A stretch of DNA of 64,000 nucleotides from an uncultured Gemmatimonadales bacterium. GTDB taxonomy: Bacteria; Gemmatimonadota; Gemmatimonadetes; Longimicrobiales; RSA9. The notes beneath the pieces are model-generated. The model searched no databases. It saw only the letters and a program-made list of their open reading frames with translations, and was not told the origin of the DNA. The translations under genes were made by a program, and so were the position numbers. This document shows, one piece after another, positions 1 to 9,322 of this stretch. Location: positions 2,208,001 to 2,272,000 of the forward strand of contig OY970192.1 in assembly GCA_963708135.1 (NCBI GenBank), written 5' to 3'. The number at the start of each line of letters is the position of its first letter. Positions within the stretch are counted from its first letter, which is position 1.

Positions 1-1565
1 CCGAGCCGCTGCTGGCGCGCTTCGCCGTCGATCCGGCAGGGATCGACGCCGACTACGAGCGGCTCCTGGAGCTGCTCGGCCTGGCGCCGGCGCGGCCGTG
101 GCTGATCGCGCGGGCCTCGGCGCCCGGGCGCGGGCTCGCGGCGGCGGCCGCGCGGAGCGGGCCGTGGCGGTCCTGGTTCTCGCGCCTCGCGCCCCCGCCC
201 GGCGCGGCGGCCTTCCGGCTGCTGCCCGTCCGCGTGGCCGGGTACTGGAACTCCGCCTACCCGGTGAACGAGAACACTGGCGCGCTGTGGGCCGGCCGCG
301 GGAGCTCGGCGGCCCTGGAGCTCGGGGCCTCCTTCCGCTACGGCCCGCTCACCGCCACGCTCGATCCGACCGTGGCCTACCAGGAGAACCGCGCGTTCAC
401 CTTCGTCCCGGACGAGATCCCTGGCTACTCCGCCTACGCCTACCCGTGGCACGGGCCGACCATCGACTGGCCGCAGCGGTTCGGCCCGGCCTCGTTCTGG
501 ACGGTGGATCCGGGCCAGAGCGCGCTGCGGCTGGACGCGCGCGGCGTCGCCATCGGGATCTCGACGGAGAACCTGTGGTGGGGCCCCGCACGCTACGATC
601 CGCTGCTCATGAGCGCCACGGCGCCGGGGATCCCGCACGTCTTCATCGGGACGTCCCATCCGGTAAACATCGGCATCGGCCGGCTCGATGGACAGGCGCT
701 GTGGGGACGCCTCCACGAGTCGAAGTACTTCGACGACGACGCCTCCAACGACCGGCGGCTCTTCTCCGGCATCGTGCTGGACCTCCAGCCGGAGCCCTTT
801 CCCGGCCTCTACCTCGGCGGCGCCCGCACCTTCCTCGAGCCGCTCCCTCCCGGCGGCCGGGGACTCGGCCACCAGCTGCTGGATCCGCTCCTCGCCTCCC
901 AGCGCGCGCAGGGGACGGCCACCAACCAGCTCGTGGAGCTGTTCGCCCGCTACGCGCCGCCGGGCTCCGGCCTCGAGGTCTACGCGGAGTGGGCCCGCCA
1001 GGACGGCTGGCCGAGCGCGAGCGAGCTGCTCCACCAGCCGGGCCAGGGGCAGGGATACACGCTCGGATTCCAGGACGTTGTGGCGCGCGGCGGGCGCTGG
1101 TACCGCCTCTACGGCGAGCTGACGCATCTCGGTCAGGCGCTGGCGCTGCGGAGCGGGCAGTTCGAGCGGACCTTCTATACGCACGGCGCCGCTCTCTCCT
1201 ACACGAACCGCGGCCAGCTCATCGGGGCGCCGATCGGGCCGGGCTCCCAGGCCGAGATCCTGGGAGGCGACGTCTTCTTCGGCCGCGGCCGCGCCGGCCT
1301 CGAGCTGCGCCGCATCCGCTACGACGACGACGCGTACTTCGCCAGGTTCGCGCCGCAGTACGACTTCCGCGGCCACGACACGGAATTCCGCGCCACCGCT
1401 CGCGCCGTCGCGCTGCTCGGCCCGTTCCAGGCGGGAGGGACGCTCACGTATGCCGGGCGCTACAGCCGCGGGTTCCTTGGGCTGACGGACGGGGTTCCCC
1501 CGACCCCGACCTGGTTCGAGCACTCCACGATGGCCACGCTCGAGCTGGTCTGGATCGCGCACTGA
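1..1565 (+). CDS. Capsule assembly Wzi family outer-membrane beta-barrel protein (5'-truncated by the window edge)
   Basis: The frame of ORF 234..1565 stays open back to position 3. Motifs ENLWWGP..YDPLLMSATAPGIPH, NQLVELFAR, FYTH and GAPIGP fit Wzi-like proteins, with amphipathic beta-strand character. Confidence 0.7.
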   Translation, partial: EPLLARFAVDPAGIDADYERLLELLGLAPARPWLIARASAPGRGLAAAAARSGPWRSWFSRLAPPPGAAAFRLLPVRVAGYWNSAYPVNENTGALWAGRGSSAALELGASFRYGPLTATLDPTVAYQENRAFTFVPDEIPGYSAYAYPWHGPTIDWPQRFGPASFWTVDPGQSALRLDARGVAIGISTENLWWGPARYDPLLMSATAPGIPHVFIGTSHPVNIGIGRLDGQALWGRLHESKYFDDDASNDRRLFSGIVLDLQPEPFPGLYLGGARTFLEPLPPGGRGLGHQLLDPLLASQRAQGTATNQLVELFARYAPPGSGLEVYAEWARQDGWPSASELLHQPGQGQGYTLGFQDVVARGGRWYRLYGELTHLGQALALRSGQFERTFYTHGAALSYTNRGQLIGAPIGPGSQAEILGGDVFFGRGRAGLELRRIRYDDDAYFARFAPQYDFRGHDTEFRATARAVALLGPFQAGGTLTYAGRYSRGFLGLTDGVPPTPTWFEHSTMATLELVWIAH

Positions 1566-1577
1566 GGCGACGCGGCG

Positions 1578-2558
1578 TCAGCCGCTCCCGTCCCGCGCCC
1601 ACTCCGCCACCCGGGCCAGGTCCGCCGGGAGTGGGCTCCGGAACCGCATCTGCTCGCCCGTCCGGGGGTGCGTGAAGCGCAGCTCGGCGGCATGCAGGAA
1701 CTGGCGCGGCGTGCGGGCGGCGAGCTCGCGGGCCCAGCCGCGCGCCGGCCCGCTCATCCCCCGCTCGGCGCCGCCGCCGTAGGTGCGGTCCCCGACCACC
1801 GGATGTCCGATCTGCATGAGATGCACGCGAATCTGGTGCGTGCGCCCGGTCTCGAGCTCGGCGCGGAGCAGGTCGGCGGCCGGCCAGCGCTCGATACGCC
1901 GGAAGCGGGTGACGGCGCGGCGCCCGGTCTCGGTGACGGCCATGCGCTTGCGGTCGGCGCTCGAGCGGCCGATCGGCGCGTCCACCTTCAGCTCGTCCTC
2001 CGACAGGTGGCCCCAGGCGGCGACCAGGTAGCGGCGACGCACCTCGCGCCGACGGAGCGCGTCGGAGAGCGCGCGGTGGGTCTCGTCGTTCTTGGCCACG
2101 ACGAGGAGCCCGGAGGTGTCCCGGTCGAGCCGGTGCACGATCCCCGGGCGCAGCACGCCGCCGATCCCGGAGAGGTCCTTCACGTGGTGGAGCAGCGCGT
2201 TCACCAGGGTGCCGGCGCGGTTGCCGGCGCCAGGGTGGATGACGAGGCCGGCAGGCTTGTCCACGACGAGGAGGTCCGCGTCCTCGTGGACGATGTCGAG
2301 CGGGATCGGCTCGGGAGCGAGCGTGGCCGGGGCCGGCGCGGGGATCTCGACCTCGACGTCGTCGCCTGCGGCGGGTCTCTCGCTCTTCTTCGGAGTACGG
2401 CCGTTCACGCGGATGCGGCCCTCGGCGAGCAGCTGGGCGATGCGGGAGCGGGACAGCTCCGGGATGCGCCGCGCGAGCCAGGCGTCCAGCCGCTCGCCGG
2501 CGTCGTTCTCCTCGACGCGCAGCCGCCGCGTGCCCGCCTCACCCGGGTGGGGGCCCAC
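1578..2558 (-). CDS. rluD: RluA/RluD family 23S rRNA pseudouridine synthase
   Basis: N-terminal S4 domain (RLDAWLA..SRSRIAQL), DKPAGLVIHP, catalytic HRLDRDTSG, GRTHQIRVH, VGDRTYG, FLHA. Confidence 0.93.
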   Translation of the reverse strand: MGPHPGEAGTRRLRVEENDAGERLDAWLARRIPELSRSRIAQLLAEGRIRVNGRTPKKSERPAAGDDVEVEIPAPAPATLAPEPIPLDIVHEDADLLVVDKPAGLVIHPGAGNRAGTLVNALLHHVKDLSGIGGVLRPGIVHRLDRDTSGLLVVAKNDETHRALSDALRRREVRRRYLVAAWGHLSEDELKVDAPIGRSSADRKRMAVTETGRRAVTRFRRIERWPAADLLRAELETGRTHQIRVHLMQIGHPVVGDRTYGGGAERGMSGPARGWARELAARTPRQFLHAAELRFTHPRTGEQMRFRSPLPADLARVAEWARDGSG

Positions 2559-3081
2559 TCTTCCGCTCCTCGTTCCACAGCGACAGGGCGAGGAGGATGG
2601 CGCCCGTGGTCACGGCGATGTCCGCCACGTTGAAGATCGGCCAGCGCAGGTTGCCCACGCCGACGTCCAGGAAGTCCACCACCCCGCGCGCCGAGCGCAC
2701 GCGGTCGAGCAGGTTGCCCACCGCCCCGCCGCAGATGAGCGAGATGGCGACGAGGCGCACGCGGTCGCCGATCGGCGTCGACCAGTACATGGCGGCGAGG
2801 GCCAGGAGCGCCACGGCGGAGAGCACGAGGAAGATCAGGCGGGAGTAGGGGCCCAGGTGGATGCCGAACGCGGCGCCCGGGTTCTGGATGTAGGTCAGCC
2901 GCAGGTACTCACCCACCACGTCCACCTGCTCGAACGGGCGGAACAGCCGCTGCACCATCATCTTGGTGAGGAAGTCGAGCACCGCGATGCCGCCCACGAT
3001 CCCCACGAAGAGCGGCACCTTCCCCGCGTTCCACGACCGCATCGCCTCGCCCTCACCGGTCAGGTCCGTCACCGTGCTCAT
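2539..3081 (-). CDS. lspA: Lipoprotein signal peptidase II
   Basis: Motifs DFLTK, NPGAAFG, GAVGNLLDR, VVDFL and FNVAD. The ATG at 3081 overlaps the upstream stop (ATGA). Confidence 0.95.
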   Translation of the reverse strand: MSTVTDLTGEGEAMRSWNAGKVPLFVGIVGGIAVLDFLTKMMVQRLFRPFEQVDVVGEYLRLTYIQNPGAAFGIHLGPYSRLIFLVLSAVALLALAAMYWSTPIGDRVRLVAISLICGGAVGNLLDRVRSARGVVDFLDVGVGNLRWPIFNVADIAVTTGAILLALSLWNEERKSGPPPG

Positions 3082-3461
3082 GCCTGGGCCTCTTCCTCCG
3101 TCTGGCACCGGATGCAGCGGGTGGCGTACGGAATCGCGTCCAGCCGCTCGAAGGCGATGTCGCCGCCGCACGTCTCGCAGCGCCCGAACGTCTTCGGCCG
3201 CTTGTAGAGCCGGCGCAGCGCGGCGTCGATGTGCCACAGCAGGCGGCCCTCCTCGCTCGCGAACAGGAACGCCTTCTCCCGCTCCATGGCGTCCGTCCCC
3301 TCGTCGGCCGCGTGCAGCGAGAACGCGGACAGGTCCCCGTCCGACGCCTGCGGCGAGCTGGCGAACTCGTCGTCGTACTGCCGGAGCTGCCGAACCGCGC
3401 GACTCCGTTCCTGCAGGAGACGCGCCTCGAGCGCGTCGAGCTGCTTCTTCTTCAGGGGCAT
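3078..3461 (-). CDS. TraR/DksA family C4 zinc-finger protein
   Basis: Coiled coil with HAADEGT tip, then IDAALRRL, CETC..IAFERL..P.ATRCIRCQ zinc finger. Confidence 0.9.
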   Translation of the reverse strand: MPLKKKQLDALEARLLQERSRAVRQLRQYDDEFASSPQASDGDLSAFSLHAADEGTDAMEREKAFLFASEEGRLLWHIDAALRRLYKRPKTFGRCETCGGDIAFERLDAIPYATRCIRCQTEEEAQA

Positions 3462-3498
3462 GGGCCGTTCCGTCGCCTTGGGGATGGGCCGCGCCGCG

Positions 3499-6400
3499 TC
3501 ACGCCTTCTCCACGACGATGGTCACCGGACTTCCGTCCACGTCCGTCTCGCGGGCGCAGCCGCCGGGCTCCGCCGGCGCCGTCTCCGCCACCGTCACCTC
3601 GCGGGCGAGCGTGTCGGCGCCGATCGCCTCCCGGTGGGCCGCGGCCGCCTCGGCCACCTCGCCCGCGCCGTAGATGCCGAGCCGGATCCGGTCGCTCACC
3701 TCCAGCCCGCAGTCGCGCCGCTGCCGCTGGATCCGGTTGACCAGCTCGTTGGCGATCCCCTCGAGGCGCAGGGACCGGTCCAGCGTCGGGTCGAGCGCCA
3801 CAGTGTACCCCGCATCCGAGGCAACGGTCAGCTCGCCGCGCGCCTCCTCCTGTACTGCAAAGTCCTGGTCGGACAGAGCTACGCGCCCGCCGTCCAGCTC
3901 GAGTGTCAGCGCCTCGCCGCGCCGGAACGCCTCCAACCGCCCCGACGGCAGCGCACGGATCGCCGTCGCCACCTCCTGCGTCCGCTTCCCGAAACGCGGG
4001 CCGAGCGTCTTGAAGTTCGGGTTGGCGCGCAGCGTGACGAGCTCCTCCGCACGGTCGAGCAGCCGGATCTCCTTCACGTTGAGCTCCTCGCACAGCACCG
4101 CCAGCAGCTCCGCCAGCCGGTCGGGCGCGAGCTCGTGCGCGCCGGGCGCGACGGCGTAGAGGATGCGCAGTGGCTGGCGCACGCGGATCTTCACCGATTC
4201 CCGTGCCGCGCGGCCGAGGCGGCTCAGCTCGCGCACCGCGACCATCCCCTCGTCCAGGGCGGGATCGGCAGCCTCCTCGACCGGCATCGGGTAGAGCTGC
4301 AGGTGGACCGATTCGCCGGTCAGCGCGCGGTGCAGCCAGTCCGAGAGGAACGGCACGATCGGGGCGAGGAGGCGCGCCACGACGCAGAGCACCTCGTGCA
4401 GCGTGCGGAAGGCGGCACGGGTGTCCGCGGCGTCCGCGCTGCCCCAGAAGCGCCCGCGCGAGCGGCGCACGTACCAGTTGGAGAGGTCGTCCACGATGAA
4501 GTCTCCAATGGCGCGGGCGCCACGCGTCAGGTCGTAGTCGCCGAGCGCGGCGCCGGCCCCGGCCGAGAGGGCGGAGAGCCGCGACAGGATCCAGCGGTCG
4601 AGCACGGCCCGCTCGGCCGGCGGGGGATCCTCGGTCCCCGGCGTCCAGCCCTCGAGGTTCGCGTAAAGGGCGAAGAAGCGGTACGTGTTGGCGAGCGTGT
4701 CGAAGACGCGCCTCGCCGCCTCGGCTAGCGCGTCGGGGTCGAAGCGCTTGGGCACCCACGGCTGGCTGTTGGTCAGCAGGTACCAGCGGATGGCGTCGGC
4801 GCCGAACTCCTCGATGGCGTCCCACGGGTTGAGGACGTTGCCGCGGGACTTCGACATCTTCTGGCCCTCGGCGTCGAGGATCAGGTCGTTCACCAGCACG
4901 TGCCGGTAGGCGGGCCCATCGCCCATCATGGTGGCGATGGCCATGAGCGAGTAGAACCAGCCCCGCGTCTGGTCGACGCCCTCGCAGATGAAGTCGGCCG
5001 GGAAGTGGCGCTTCCACTCGTCGCGGTGCTCGAATGGATAGTGCCATTGGGCATACGGCATGGAGCCGGAATCGAACCAGACGTCGATCACCTCCGGCGT
5101 CCGGCGCATCGTGCCGCCGCACTCGCACGCCCACGTGGGCTCGTCGATCCACGGCTTGTGCGGGTCGAACGGCTCGGGCAGCGTGCCGGCCTTCAGCGCC
5201 AGCTGCTGGAAGGACTCGATCACCTCCAGGTGGCTCTCGTCCTCGCTGCACACCCAGATCGGCAGCGGGGTGCCCCAGTAGCGGTCCCGCGAGATGGCCC
5301 AGTCGACGTTTCCCTCCAGCCACTCGCCGAAGCGCCCCGTGCCCACCTCCGGCGGATGCCACGCCACCTGCGCGTTGTTGCGCAGCATCACATCCTTCAC
5401 CGCCGTTGTGCGGATGTACCACGAGTCGCGCGCCATGTAGATGAGCGGGCTGCCGCAGCGCCAGCAGTGGGGATAGGAGTGGACGGCCGTGCTCGCGCGG
5501 AACACCAGCCCGCGCGCCTTCAGGTCCTCCAGCAGCAACGGGTCGGCATCCTTCACGAACTCCCCGCCCACGAGCGGGATCCCCTCCTCGAAGCGGCCGG
5601 CGTCGTCGATCGGCCGGAACATCGGCAGCCCGTGCTCCTGTCCGGCCGCGTAGTCGTCCGCGCCGAACGTCGGCGCCAGGTGGACGATCCCGCTGCCGTC
5701 CTCCGCGGTCACGAAGTCCCCGGGCACCACCGTCCATGCGACGTCGGCCACGCCGGCGTCGGGGATCAGATCGAACGGACGCCTGTAGCGCCGCCCGAGC
5801 AGCTCGCTGGCGGCGTAGCGGCGGAGGATCGGTGTCCCCTCGCCGAAGACGGCGGCCACGCGCGGCTCCGCGAGCACCAGCCGGCGCCCCTCGTGCTCGA
5901 CCTCCGCGTAGGTGAGCTCCGGGTGCACCGCCAGCGCCACGTTGGACGGCAACGTCCACGGCGTGGTGGTCCACACCAGGAATGAGCGTCCCTCCGGGTC
6001 GTACTCCCCGGCGTCCTTCATCCATGGCGCGATGAAATAGAGCGAGGGGTCTTCCACGTCCTCGTAGCCGAGCGCCACCTCGTGGGACGAGAGCGCCGTG
6101 CCGCAGCGCGGACAGTAGGGCACGCTCTTGAAGCCCTTGTAGACGAGCCCCTTGCCGTGCAGCTGCTTCAGCAGCCACCACACCGTCTCAATGTACTCGG
6201 GGTGGAAGGTCACGTAGGGATCGCTGTAGTCCAGCCAGTAGCCGATCCGCTCGCTGAAGCGCTCCCACTCCTCCTTGTACGTGAAGACGCTCTCGCGGCA
6301 CACCTCGTTGAACCGGGCGACGCCCACTTCCTCGATCTGCCGCTTGCCGCTGATGCCGAGCTTCTTCTCCGCCTCGATCTCGACGGGCAGCCCGTGCGTG

Positions 6401-6654
6401 TCCCAACCCGCGATGCGCGTCACGTGCTGGCCGCGCATCGTCTGGAAGCGGCACACCAGGTCCTTGATCGTGCGGCTGATGACGTGATGGATGCCGGGCC
6501 GGCCGTTGGCGGTCGGGGGGCCCTCGTAGAACACGAACTCGTCCGCGCCCGCCGTCGCCTCGAGCGTCCGCTGGAACAGCCGCTCCGCACGCCACGCCTC
6601 GAGCATCGATTCCTCGAGGGTGCGCGTGTCCGGCGGGTAATCGGGATAAGTCAT
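3499..6654 (-). CDS. ileS: Isoleucine--tRNA ligase, type 2 (archaeal/eukaryote-like)
   Basis: FYEGPPTANGRPGIHH, GWDTHGLPVE, WTTTPWTLPSN, WAISRDRYWG, DQTRGWF and KMSKS; 1051 aa with the type-2 C-terminus (IQRQRRDCGLEVSDRI). Confidence 0.97.
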   Translation of the reverse strand: MTYPDYPPDTRTLEESMLEAWRAERLFQRTLEATAGADEFVFYEGPPTANGRPGIHHVISRTIKDLVCRFQTMRGQHVTRIAGWDTHGLPVEIEAEKKLGISGKRQIEEVGVARFNEVCRESVFTYKEEWERFSERIGYWLDYSDPYVTFHPEYIETVWWLLKQLHGKGLVYKGFKSVPYCPRCGTALSSHEVALGYEDVEDPSLYFIAPWMKDAGEYDPEGRSFLVWTTTPWTLPSNVALAVHPELTYAEVEHEGRRLVLAEPRVAAVFGEGTPILRRYAASELLGRRYRRPFDLIPDAGVADVAWTVVPGDFVTAEDGSGIVHLAPTFGADDYAAGQEHGLPMFRPIDDAGRFEEGIPLVGGEFVKDADPLLLEDLKARGLVFRASTAVHSYPHCWRCGSPLIYMARDSWYIRTTAVKDVMLRNNAQVAWHPPEVGTGRFGEWLEGNVDWAISRDRYWGTPLPIWVCSEDESHLEVIESFQQLALKAGTLPEPFDPHKPWIDEPTWACECGGTMRRTPEVIDVWFDSGSMPYAQWHYPFEHRDEWKRHFPADFICEGVDQTRGWFYSLMAIATMMGDGPAYRHVLVNDLILDAEGQKMSKSRGNVLNPWDAIEEFGADAIRWYLLTNSQPWVPKRFDPDALAEAARRVFDTLANTYRFFALYANLEGWTPGTEDPPPAERAVLDRWILSRLSALSAGAGAALGDYDLTRGARAIGDFIVDDLSNWYVRRSRGRFWGSADAADTRAAFRTLHEVLCVVARLLAPIVPFLSDWLHRALTGESVHLQLYPMPVEEAADPALDEGMVAVRELSRLGRAARESVKIRVRQPLRILYAVAPGAHELAPDRLAELLAVLCEELNVKEIRLLDRAEELVTLRANPNFKTLGPRFGKRTQEVATAIRALPSGRLEAFRRGEALTLELDGGRVALSDQDFAVQEEARGELTVASDAGYTVALDPTLDRSLRLEGIANELVNRIQRQRRDCGLEVSDRIRLGIYGAGEVAEAAAAHREAIGADTLAREVTVAETAPAEPGGCARETDVDGSPVTIVVEKA

Positions 6655-6676
6655 CGGGACCAGGACTCTCTGACTG

Positions 6677-7516
6677 TCAGGAAAGGCGCCGCAGCACGCC
6701 CTCGACCAGACGGGTCAGCTTCGGCTCCGCCCGGCCGGCAACGCGGATGATGGACTCGAGGCTCGCGGGCTCGAGCGCATCGGGGAGGCAGGAGTCCGTG
6801 ACGATGCTGAGGCCGAGCACGCGCATGCCGGCGTGGCGCGCCGCGATGACCTCCGGCACGGTGCTCATGCCCACGACGTCGGCGCCGATCCAGCGCAGCA
6901 TGCGGTACTCGGCGCGCGTCTCGAGGCTCGGCCCGACCACCGCCACGTAGACGCCGCGCCGCAGCGCGATCCCCTCGGCCAGGGCGACGTCCTCCGCCAG
7001 CGCCTGGAGCGCACGGTCGTACGGCTCCGACATGTCCGGGAAGCGCTCGCCCAGGGCGTCCAGGTTCGGCCCGATGAGCGGGTTGTCCCCGAGCAGGTTC
7101 ACGTGGTCGTCGATCACCATGATGTCGCCCGGCGCCCAGAGCGGGTTCATCCCGCCGCACGCGTTGGAGACGACCAGGACGGCGGCGCCGAGACGTCGCA
7201 TGACACGCACGGGAAACGTCACCTCGGCCAGGCCGTAGCCCTCGTAGCGGTGGAACCGGCCCTGCATGGCAACGATGCGCCGCCCCGCCAGGGTGCCGAA
7301 CAACAGCCGGCCCGTATGCGTCTCGACCGTCGAGAGCGGGAAGTGCGGCAGCTCCGCGTAGGGTATCGAGGTCTCGAGCTCGATCGCCTCCGCCAGCGCG
7401 CCGAGCCCGGTGCCGAGGATGATGGCCACCTCGGGCGCCCACGAGGTGCGCCCCCGCACGGCCGCCACCGCCTCCTCCAGCATCCGCGCCTGTGTCTCCG
7501 CGGCCGGCTGGCTCAA
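6677..7516 (-). CDS. Purine-nucleoside phosphorylase (trimeric PNP I / XapA-like)
   Basis: ILGTGLG, QGRFHRYEG, SNACGG, GPSLETRAEY, VGMSTVPE. Confidence 0.93.
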   Translation of the reverse strand: MSQPAAETQARMLEEAVAAVRGRTSWAPEVAIILGTGLGALAEAIELETSIPYAELPHFPLSTVETHTGRLLFGTLAGRRIVAMQGRFHRYEGYGLAEVTFPVRVMRRLGAAVLVVSNACGGMNPLWAPGDIMVIDDHVNLLGDNPLIGPNLDALGERFPDMSEPYDRALQALAEDVALAEGIALRRGVYVAVVGPSLETRAEYRMLRWIGADVVGMSTVPEVIAARHAGMRVLGLSIVTDSCLPDALEPASLESIIRVAGRAEPKLTRLVEGVLRRLS

Positions 7517-8430
7517 CGGTCCTCCTCCGCCACCCCGCCCACCTCCGCTTCACCCTCGAGCAGCGAGAACGTGGGCGGGTTGCGCATCAGGGCGCCGGCG
7601 GGCCTCGGCCCGACCTCCGCGCCGCTGTCGGGCCCGCCCGCGGCAGCCAGGCCATCGTCCGCCGCGTCCGCCTCGTCCGCTTCGTCCGCTTCGCCCTCGG
7701 CGACGCCGACGGTTTCGTCATCGGCTGGCGCGAACTCCAGCACTGAGGCGATCTCCTCGATGTCCTCGAGGTGCTGCAGGCCCTCCAGCGGCTCCACTTC
7801 CTCCTCGTCCTCCTCGAGCGCTCCCGAGATCACATCCGTCGGCGGCCGGGCGCGCCGCTCCATGCCGAAGCCGAAGCGGCGAGGCTCCCCGCCCCGGTCG
7901 GGCTCCGCCCGGCGGTGTGCGCGCCTCTCCCACGGCTGCCCGGCCTCCGCCTCCGCCTGCGCCTCGAGCTCGAGGGAGTCCTCCTGCACCGAGAGCTCGG
8001 CCAGCTCCCGCTCGAGGAAGACCCGGAAGCTCTGGATCAGGTGGCCGCGGCGGGCGCGCACCCGGCGCAACGCCTCCTCCTCCTTTTCGCGCGCCGTGTG
8101 GGCGCGGGCGAGGATGTCCTCCGCGGCGGCCTCGGCCTCGCGGCGCAGGAGGTCCGCATCGCGGGCCGCCTGCCGGTGGCTCTCCTCCCGGTACTCCTGC
8201 GCCGTCACGAGCGCGTCCGTGAGCGCCTTCTCCCGCTCCCGGAAGTCCTTCACCTGCTGCTCCAGTCGCGCCAGCCGCTCGATGTGGCCGAGGTTCTCGC
8301 GCACGAGCTCCTCCAGCCGGTCGGCCACCAGGTCGAGGAAATCATCCACCAGCTCGGCGTCGTAGCCGCGCATGGAGCGCTTGAAGTCGCCCTTCTTCTT
8401 GCGCACCTCGAGTGGGGTCAGATCGATCAT
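7513..8430 (-). CDS. DivIVA domain-containing protein with an acidic disordered tail
   Basis: N-terminal LTPLEVRKKKGDFKRSMRGYDAELVDDFLD DivIVA signature, then coiled coil. The start overlaps the yggS stop (ATGA). Confidence 0.88.
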   Translation of the reverse strand: MIDLTPLEVRKKKGDFKRSMRGYDAELVDDFLDLVADRLEELVRENLGHIERLARLEQQVKDFREREKALTDALVTAQEYREESHRQAARDADLLRREAEAAAEDILARAHTAREKEEEALRRVRARRGHLIQSFRVFLERELAELSVQEDSLELEAQAEAEAGQPWERRAHRRAEPDRGGEPRRFGFGMERRARPPTDVISGALEEDEEEVEPLEGLQHLEDIEEIASVLEFAPADDETVGVAEGEADEADEADAADDGLAAAGGPDSGAEVGPRPAGALMRNPPTFSLLEGEAEVGGVAEEDR

Positions 8431-9125
8431 GTCACCCGTTCCCCGAAAAGGATGGTCCCCAGACGGACCAGCGTGCTCCCCTCCTCCACCGCGACCTCGA
8501 AGTCGCTCGACATCCCCATCGAGAGGGACACGGCCTGGAAGCCAGGCAGCTCGGCGCCGCAGCGCTCGAAGAGGGCGCGCGCGCCGGCGAACGTCGCCCG
8601 CACGACGCCCTCGTCCGCCGCGAGCGGCGCCATGGTCATGAGCCCCTCGATGCGCAGGCGCGGCAGCGCGCAGATCTCCGCAATGGCGTCGAGCGCGGCC
8701 CCGGACGCGAAGCCGCCCTTCGTCGCCTCCCCGGAGACGTTCACCTCCACGAGGCCGCGCACCTGCTCGAGCCCCGCCGCCTCGGCGCCGGCCGACAGCG
8801 CGCGCGCCAGGCGCAGCGAGTCGATCGACTCGATCATGTCGAACAGCGGCAGCGCGCGCTCGACCTTGTTGCGCTGGAGATGACCGATCAGGTGCCACTC
8901 CACCGCCTGCCGCCCCACCGCCTCCACCTTCGCCTCGAGCTCCTGCACCCGGTTCTCACCGCAAACGCGCAGTCCGGCCTCTATCGCAGCGGCCGCGGCG
9001 GACGGCGGGTGCCCCTTCGTCACGGCGACGACCGTCACCTCATCGCGTCGGCCGACCCGCCGGAGAGCCGCCTCGATGCGCTCTCGCACGTGGGGTAGGC
9101 TCCCCCGTAGCCTCGCTTCGTACAT
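8427..9125 (-). CDS. yggS: YggS/PLPBP pyridoxal phosphate homeostasis protein
   Basis: VAVTK, GENRVQE, WHLIGHLQRNKV, GLMTM, LSMGMSSDF, VRLGTILFG. Confidence 0.95.
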   Translation of the reverse strand: MYEARLRGSLPHVRERIEAALRRVGRRDEVTVVAVTKGHPPSAAAAAIEAGLRVCGENRVQELEAKVEAVGRQAVEWHLIGHLQRNKVERALPLFDMIESIDSLRLARALSAGAEAAGLEQVRGLVEVNVSGEATKGGFASGAALDAIAEICALPRLRIEGLMTMAPLAADEGVVRATFAGARALFERCGAELPGFQAVSLSMGMSSDFEVAVEEGSTLVRLGTILFGERVT

Positions 9126-9134
9126 GGCGATGGA

Positions 9135-9163
9135 ATTGTACGGGTCGTTTGGGGAAAGATCAA
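9135..9163 (-). promoter_or_regulatory. Sigma70-type promoter of the yggS-divIVA-ileS operon
   Basis: TTGATC-N17-TACAAT on the minus strand, ending 9 nt before the yggS ATG. Confidence 0.7.
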
Positions 9164-9165
9164 CG

Positions 9166-9207
9166 CGGGATGCGGGACGCGGGATGTGGGGCTCGGGGTT
9201 CGGGACG
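9166..9207. repeat. Tandem heptamer array (CGGGAYG-like x6)
   Basis: cgggatg cgggacg cgggatg tggggct cggggtt cgggacg. Confidence 0.75.
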
Positions 9208-9322
9208 CCGGCACGGCCGATGGGTCGGGGGGAGGCTTGCGAGGGCGGGCGCAGCGGCCGAAGTTTGCCGATCCGGCCCACCCGCAGCCCGCCGGCCGGC
9301 CCGACCGGCATGGAGAGCGCGC

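Noticed and set aside
6655..6676. T-box riboswitch before ileS
   Set aside because: Only 22 nt separate PNP and ileS, too short for a T-box.
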